DNA from: Candidatus Iainarchaeum sp. | Lineage (GTDB): Archaea > Iainarchaeota > Iainarchaeia > Iainarchaeales > JAZDDZ01 | Direction of reading: 5' to 3' | NCBI GenBank assembly: GCA_043809245.1 | Contig: JAZDDZ010000004.1 | Coordinates: forward strand, 1 to 57,723 | DNA: 57,723 bases | In this document: piece by piece, positions 54,028 to 57,723 of the stretch | Layout of the letters: each line of letters starts with the position of its first letter | Position numbering within the stretch: the first letter of the stretch is position 1 | Notes under the pieces: model-generated | Seen by the model: only the letters and a program-made list of their open reading frames with translations | Database searches by the model: none | What the model was told of the DNA's origin: nothing | Program-made: the position numbers and the translations under genes

Positions 54028-56511
54028 ATGCAGTTTGTTTTATGGTTCAAGGACGTTGGAAAGGATGACGTGGGTACGGCCGGGGGAAAAGCCAGCAACC
54101 TCGGGGAAATGACCAACGCGGGCTTTCCGGTTCCGCCGGGCTTTGTTGTTTCGGCGCAGGCGTATTTTGCGTTCATTGAAAGGACAGGCTTGAAGAAAAA
54201 ACTGGTTGAAATAATCGACGCCATTGACGTTGAAAGGACAATGGAGCTGGAAGAAAAGGCAAAGCAAGTGCGTGCCCTAATTCTCTCCGCGAAAATGCCT
54301 GAAGACATTTCCGTGGAAATACAAAAGGCTTACATGAAGCTTTCATCAACAGAGCTGCCCATATTCAAAAGCTCTTCGGAGCTGGCATACGTTGCCGTCA
54401 GGTCAAGCGCCACGGCCGAGGATCTTCCCGAGGCCAGTTTTGCAGGGCAGCAGGACACTTACTTGAACATGCTTGGAAGAAAAGAATTAACCGATGCAGT
54501 GCAGAGATGCTGGGCATCGCTTTTCACTGCGCGCGCAGTGTATTACCGAAAAAAACAGGGCTTCCCGACTGATAAGGTTGGCATTGCAGTCGTGGTGCAG
54601 AAAATGGTTGAATCCGAGAGCTCAGGCATAATGTTCACCGCGGAGCCAGCAACAGGTGACACAAGCAAGATAGTGATTGAGGCGGGCTTGGGCTTGGGGG
54701 AAGCGATTGTGAGCGGTTCAATAACGCCTGACACTTTTGTTATTGAAAAGGATTCCATGCAACTGATGAGCAAAAAAATTTCAGTGCAAAAATGGCGAAT
54801 AGTTAAATCCGGAAAGGGAACGAAAAGAGAGGAGATTCAGGAAAAGATTGGCGCGGCGCAAAAGCTTTCGGACAAATTCATTTTAGAGCTTGCTGGAATC
54901 GGCGCTGAAATCGAAGCACATTACGGAGCACCACAGGACATTGAATGGGCCTTGGAGAAAAACAAATTGTACATTGTGCAAAGCAGGGCAATTACGACTA
55001 TAAAGTCAGGCAGGAAAGCAAAAGAAGGAGAGGAAGCCGAGGAAAAAAAGCTGAAGAAAGGGCTTGTCGTTTTGACAAGGGGGCTAGCGGCTTCGCCTGG
55101 AATTTCCTATGGGAAAGTGAAGCTGATTCCGTCAGTTGAGCAAATTGAAAAAGTCGAGGAAGGAGACGTGCTTGTAACGAAAATGACTGCGCCTGATTGG
55201 GTGCCTGCAATGAGGAAAAGCGCCGCAATTGTCACGGAGGAAGGCGGAACGACTTGTCACGCCTCAATAGTAAGCAGGGAGTTAGGCATTCCCTGCGTAG
55301 TTGGCACACTGAATGCCCTAACTGCAATGAAGAACTCTGCTTTTGCAACTGTTGACGGCTTCAAGGGATTGGTGTACGAGGGAAAAGCGGAAATAGAAGT
55401 CGACAGCAGGGAAAAGGAAAAAATAAAGACTGTCGAGGTAAAGGAATTCGATGAACTTGAAAAGGCATTGAAGAAAGAGGAAACTGAATTGTTCCCGGAG
55501 AAAAAGGCAAGGGATGGAATTGACGGCATATGGAATGAATACGGGAAAGTTCCCGCGGAAAAAATGAGCGCACACGAGCAGCTGGACGAGGAAGAAAAAT
55601 TATTGGATGTTTTGAGAAGCGTTGCGGTTAAGGTTAAGGTGAATGTCGCCTTGCCTGAGGCAGCGGAATCAGCTGCTGCAACCGGCGCTGACGGAATAGG
55701 GCTTTTGAGGGCAGAGCACATGATTACCGGTTCAGGGGAACACCCTGCGGAGTTTTTGCGCGAGGGAAAATATGGCGAGCTTGTTGAAACAGTGAAAAAC
55801 GGAGTGCGAAAAGTCGCCTTGCTTTTCAAGGGAAAGCCGGTTTGGTATAGGACTTTTGATGCGCGAAGCGATGAATTCAGGCATCTGAAAGGAGGGGAAA
55901 AGGAGCCGCATGAAGACAATCCAATGATTGGATGGCACGGCATAAGGCGTGATTTGGATGAGCCTGAACTGTTAAAGGCGCAGCTGGAGGGAATAAGGCA
56001 GTTAAGGGAAGAAGGGCTTGACAATGTCGGGGTGATGCTGCCATTCGTTATTTCCGCCGAGGAAGTGAGGAAAGCAAAGGAAATCGCCAGGGAAGTTGGA
56101 TTGTTTGACGGGGGGAAATGCGAGTTTGGGGTAATGGTTGAAACCCCTGCCGCAGTATGGGTGATTGACGAGCTTATAGCAGAGGGAATTGATTTCATTT
56201 CTTTTGGAACAAACGATTTGACACAATTGACCCTGGGAATTGACAGGAACAATGAGCGCATTCAGAAGATTTTCTCGGAGCTGCATCCCGCAGTGCAAAG
56301 GGAACTGGAGCACGTAATCAAAAAATGCAAGAAAGCGGGAGTGAAGACAAGCATTTGCGGCCAGGCAGGCAGCAACCCTGCAATGGTGAAAAACCTTGTG
56401 CGCATGGGAATTGACTCTGTTTCCGCAAACATTGATGCGGTTGAGAAAATCCGCTCGGTTGTCCTGTTAGAGGAAAAAAAGCTGATTCTGGAGAAAGCGC
56501 ATAAAAAATAA
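54028..56511 (+). CDS. ppsA: Phosphoenolpyruvate synthase
   Basis: GGKASNLGE, AVRSSATAED, SFAGQQDT, GGTTCHASIVSRE, SFGTNDLTQ. Confidence 0.96.
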   Translation: MQFVLWFKDVGKDDVGTAGGKASNLGEMTNAGFPVPPGFVVSAQAYFAFIERTGLKKKLVEIIDAIDVERTMELEEKAKQVRALILSAKMPEDISVEIQKAYMKLSSTELPIFKSSSELAYVAVRSSATAEDLPEASFAGQQDTYLNMLGRKELTDAVQRCWASLFTARAVYYRKKQGFPTDKVGIAVVVQKMVESESSGIMFTAEPATGDTSKIVIEAGLGLGEAIVSGSITPDTFVIEKDSMQLMSKKISVQKWRIVKSGKGTKREEIQEKIGAAQKLSDKFILELAGIGAEIEAHYGAPQDIEWALEKNKLYIVQSRAITTIKSGRKAKEGEEAEEKKLKKGLVVLTRGLAASPGISYGKVKLIPSVEQIEKVEEGDVLVTKMTAPDWVPAMRKSAAIVTEEGGTTCHASIVSRELGIPCVVGTLNALTAMKNSAFATVDGFKGLVYEGKAEIEVDSREKEKIKTVEVKEFDELEKALKKEETELFPEKKARDGIDGIWNEYGKVPAEKMSAHEQLDEEEKLLDVLRSVAVKVKVNVALPEAAESAAATGADGIGLLRAEHMITGSGEHPAEFLREGKYGELVETVKNGVRKVALLFKGKPVWYRTFDARSDEFRHLKGGEKEPHEDNPMIGWHGIRRDLDEPELLKAQLEGIRQLREEGLDNVGVMLPFVISAEEVRKAKEIAREVGLFDGGKCEFGVMVETPAAVWVIDELIAEGIDFISFGTNDLTQLTLGIDRNNERIQKIFSELHPAVQRELEHVIKKCKKAGVKTSICGQAGSNPAMVKNLVRMGIDSVSANIDAVEKIRSVVLLEEKKLILEKAHKK

Positions 56512-56555
56512 GCGGAAAAATAACTGATTTAAAGCCGTTGCATCCGAATTCTTTA

Positions 56556-57500
56556 ATGCTGAAAATTGACGCGAAAAAAATCGCAGCGGAAGTGAAGAAA
56601 AGAAAGGCTAGGCTTGTTTTGCTCCAGCTGCCGGAAGGCTTGAAAGAAAAAGCCACGGGATTAGCTGAAGCGGTTGAGAAAGGCAGCAAAGCGAAAGCGA
56701 TTGTGCTGCTTGACCCGTGTTTTGGAGCATGCGATTTGGCGGAAGAGAAAGCCAAAGCGCTTGGAGCAGACTTAATTGTGCATTTCGGGCACTCAGCTTT
56801 CTTTAAGCCGGAAAAGGAAACAGTTTTCGTGCCATTAAATTACGAATTAGGCAAAGCAAAAATCGGGCTGTTGGCGGAAAAGATTTCCAAGAAACTGAAT
56901 GAAAACAGCGTGAAAAAAATCGCGCTTGTTTCGACGATTCAATTTGCTGATTTGCTTCCAATTGCAAAAAAATTGCTTAAAGCGAAAGGAATCAGCGCGT
57001 TCATTGAAGGGAACGGAGCAGTGCTTGGCTGCAGGCACGAAAATGCGTTAAAGGCAGCAAGGAAAGCGGAAGCGATTGTTTTTGTGGGGGACGGCTTGTT
57101 CCATCCGCTTGGGGTTGCATTCGCCTCAAAAAAACCGGTTTTTGCGGCAAATCCTTTTTCATTGGAAGTTAAAGGGCTTGAAAAGGAAAAGGAACTGTTT
57201 GAGAGGGCAAGGATTGCGCGCATTGCGCTTGCTGGAAAAGCGAAAAGCTTTGGAATAATTGTTTCAACGAAAAAAGGGCAGATGCAGATGGAGAATGCGC
57301 TGAAGCTGAAGGAATTGCTCGAGCGGAAAGGGAAAAAGGCGTTTATTCTTGCGATGGATTTGGTGAAGCCGGATTATTTTTTGGGAGTTAAAGCCGATTG
57401 TTTAGTGAATACGGCTTGCCCACGCATTGTCTTGGATGACGCGAAAAACTTTGGAAGGCTTATAGTGGAAGCGGATGATGCAAGGAAGGCATTTTTGTGA
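56556..57500 (+). CDS. dph2: Diphthamide biosynthesis enzyme Dph2
   Basis: LQLPEGL, CFGACD, HFGH, LGC, GDGLFH, TACPRI. Confidence 0.95.
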   Translation: MLKIDAKKIAAEVKKRKARLVLLQLPEGLKEKATGLAEAVEKGSKAKAIVLLDPCFGACDLAEEKAKALGADLIVHFGHSAFFKPEKETVFVPLNYELGKAKIGLLAEKISKKLNENSVKKIALVSTIQFADLLPIAKKLLKAKGISAFIEGNGAVLGCRHENALKAARKAEAIVFVGDGLFHPLGVAFASKKPVFAANPFSLEVKGLEKEKELFERARIARIALAGKAKSFGIIVSTKKGQMQMENALKLKELLERKGKKAFILAMDLVKPDYFLGVKADCLVNTACPRIVLDDAKNFGRLIVEADDARKAFL

Positions 57501-57592
57501 AAAAATTAAAACAGCCGAGATTCGATATTTTAGAGGATTATGACTCTGTTATGAATCATTGGGAAATCGTTATAAAAGATTTAAAAATGACA

Positions 57593-57679
57593 ATAGGGGC
57601 TCCGCCCCTATGACCCTGTGAATTTACTCTGCGGGCTCTTCGCTTGGGCTTCGAGCCGCGCAGTATCTTTCAAATTCAT
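57593..57679. repeat. GC-rich palindromic element
   Basis: ATAGGGGC-TCC-GCCCCTAT hairpin followed by a long imperfect hairpin at 57618-57679. Confidence 0.6.
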
Positions 57680-57723
57680 TCCTGGATGCTGTCCTCTATA
57701 ACTGAAACATTGTGGTGTGCTTG

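Noticed and set aside
55257-56261. 334-aa antisense ORF and other long antisense ORFs (e.g. 5447-6283, 7814-8638, 11827-12534, 37602-38306)
   Set aside because: S/F-rich mirror frames of well-supported genes on the opposite strand
1-57723. CRISPR array, cas genes, rRNA or reverse transcriptase/DGR
   Set aside because: No regularly spaced repeats and no matching motifs seen

Overview
Archaeal chromosome segment. The compact gene layout, divergent housekeeping proteins and many interspersed orphans suggest a DPANN lineage, possibly Iainarchaeota/Diapherotrites-like (inference). It opens with the right end of an ISL3 element. It carries the exosome/proteasome/RNase P superoperon (rpl15e, rpp30, pop5, psmA, SBDS, rrp4/41/42, rpl37ae, rpoP, pcc1, pfdB, DHH), a NYN-DUF2226-roadblock-like-MinD-Lsm cluster, metG, MCM, the eIF2b-DUF424-eIF1A-RIO1-KH-topo VI cluster, acdA, mre11, ppsA and dph2. 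There are three tRNAs: Val-GAC with a D-loop intron, Ala-GGC and Cys-GCA. Most notable: (1) an unannotated 17-codon leader peptide MSAQNNKACNCCCCCCC directly upstream of cysE, with alternative RNA hairpins, a candidate cysteine-sensing ribosome-dependent attenuator in an archaeon; (2) a 68-nt multi-stem RNA element abutting tRNA-Cys; (3) a ~9 kb virus/plasmid-like element integrated in tRNA-Cys (11-bp att repeat, integrase, operators, Rep/helicase with iteron-like arrays, interrupted ATPase); (4) a two-copy ~58-nt covarying hairpin element upstream of unrelated genes. All calls are by eye from motifs and context; no database searches were run.
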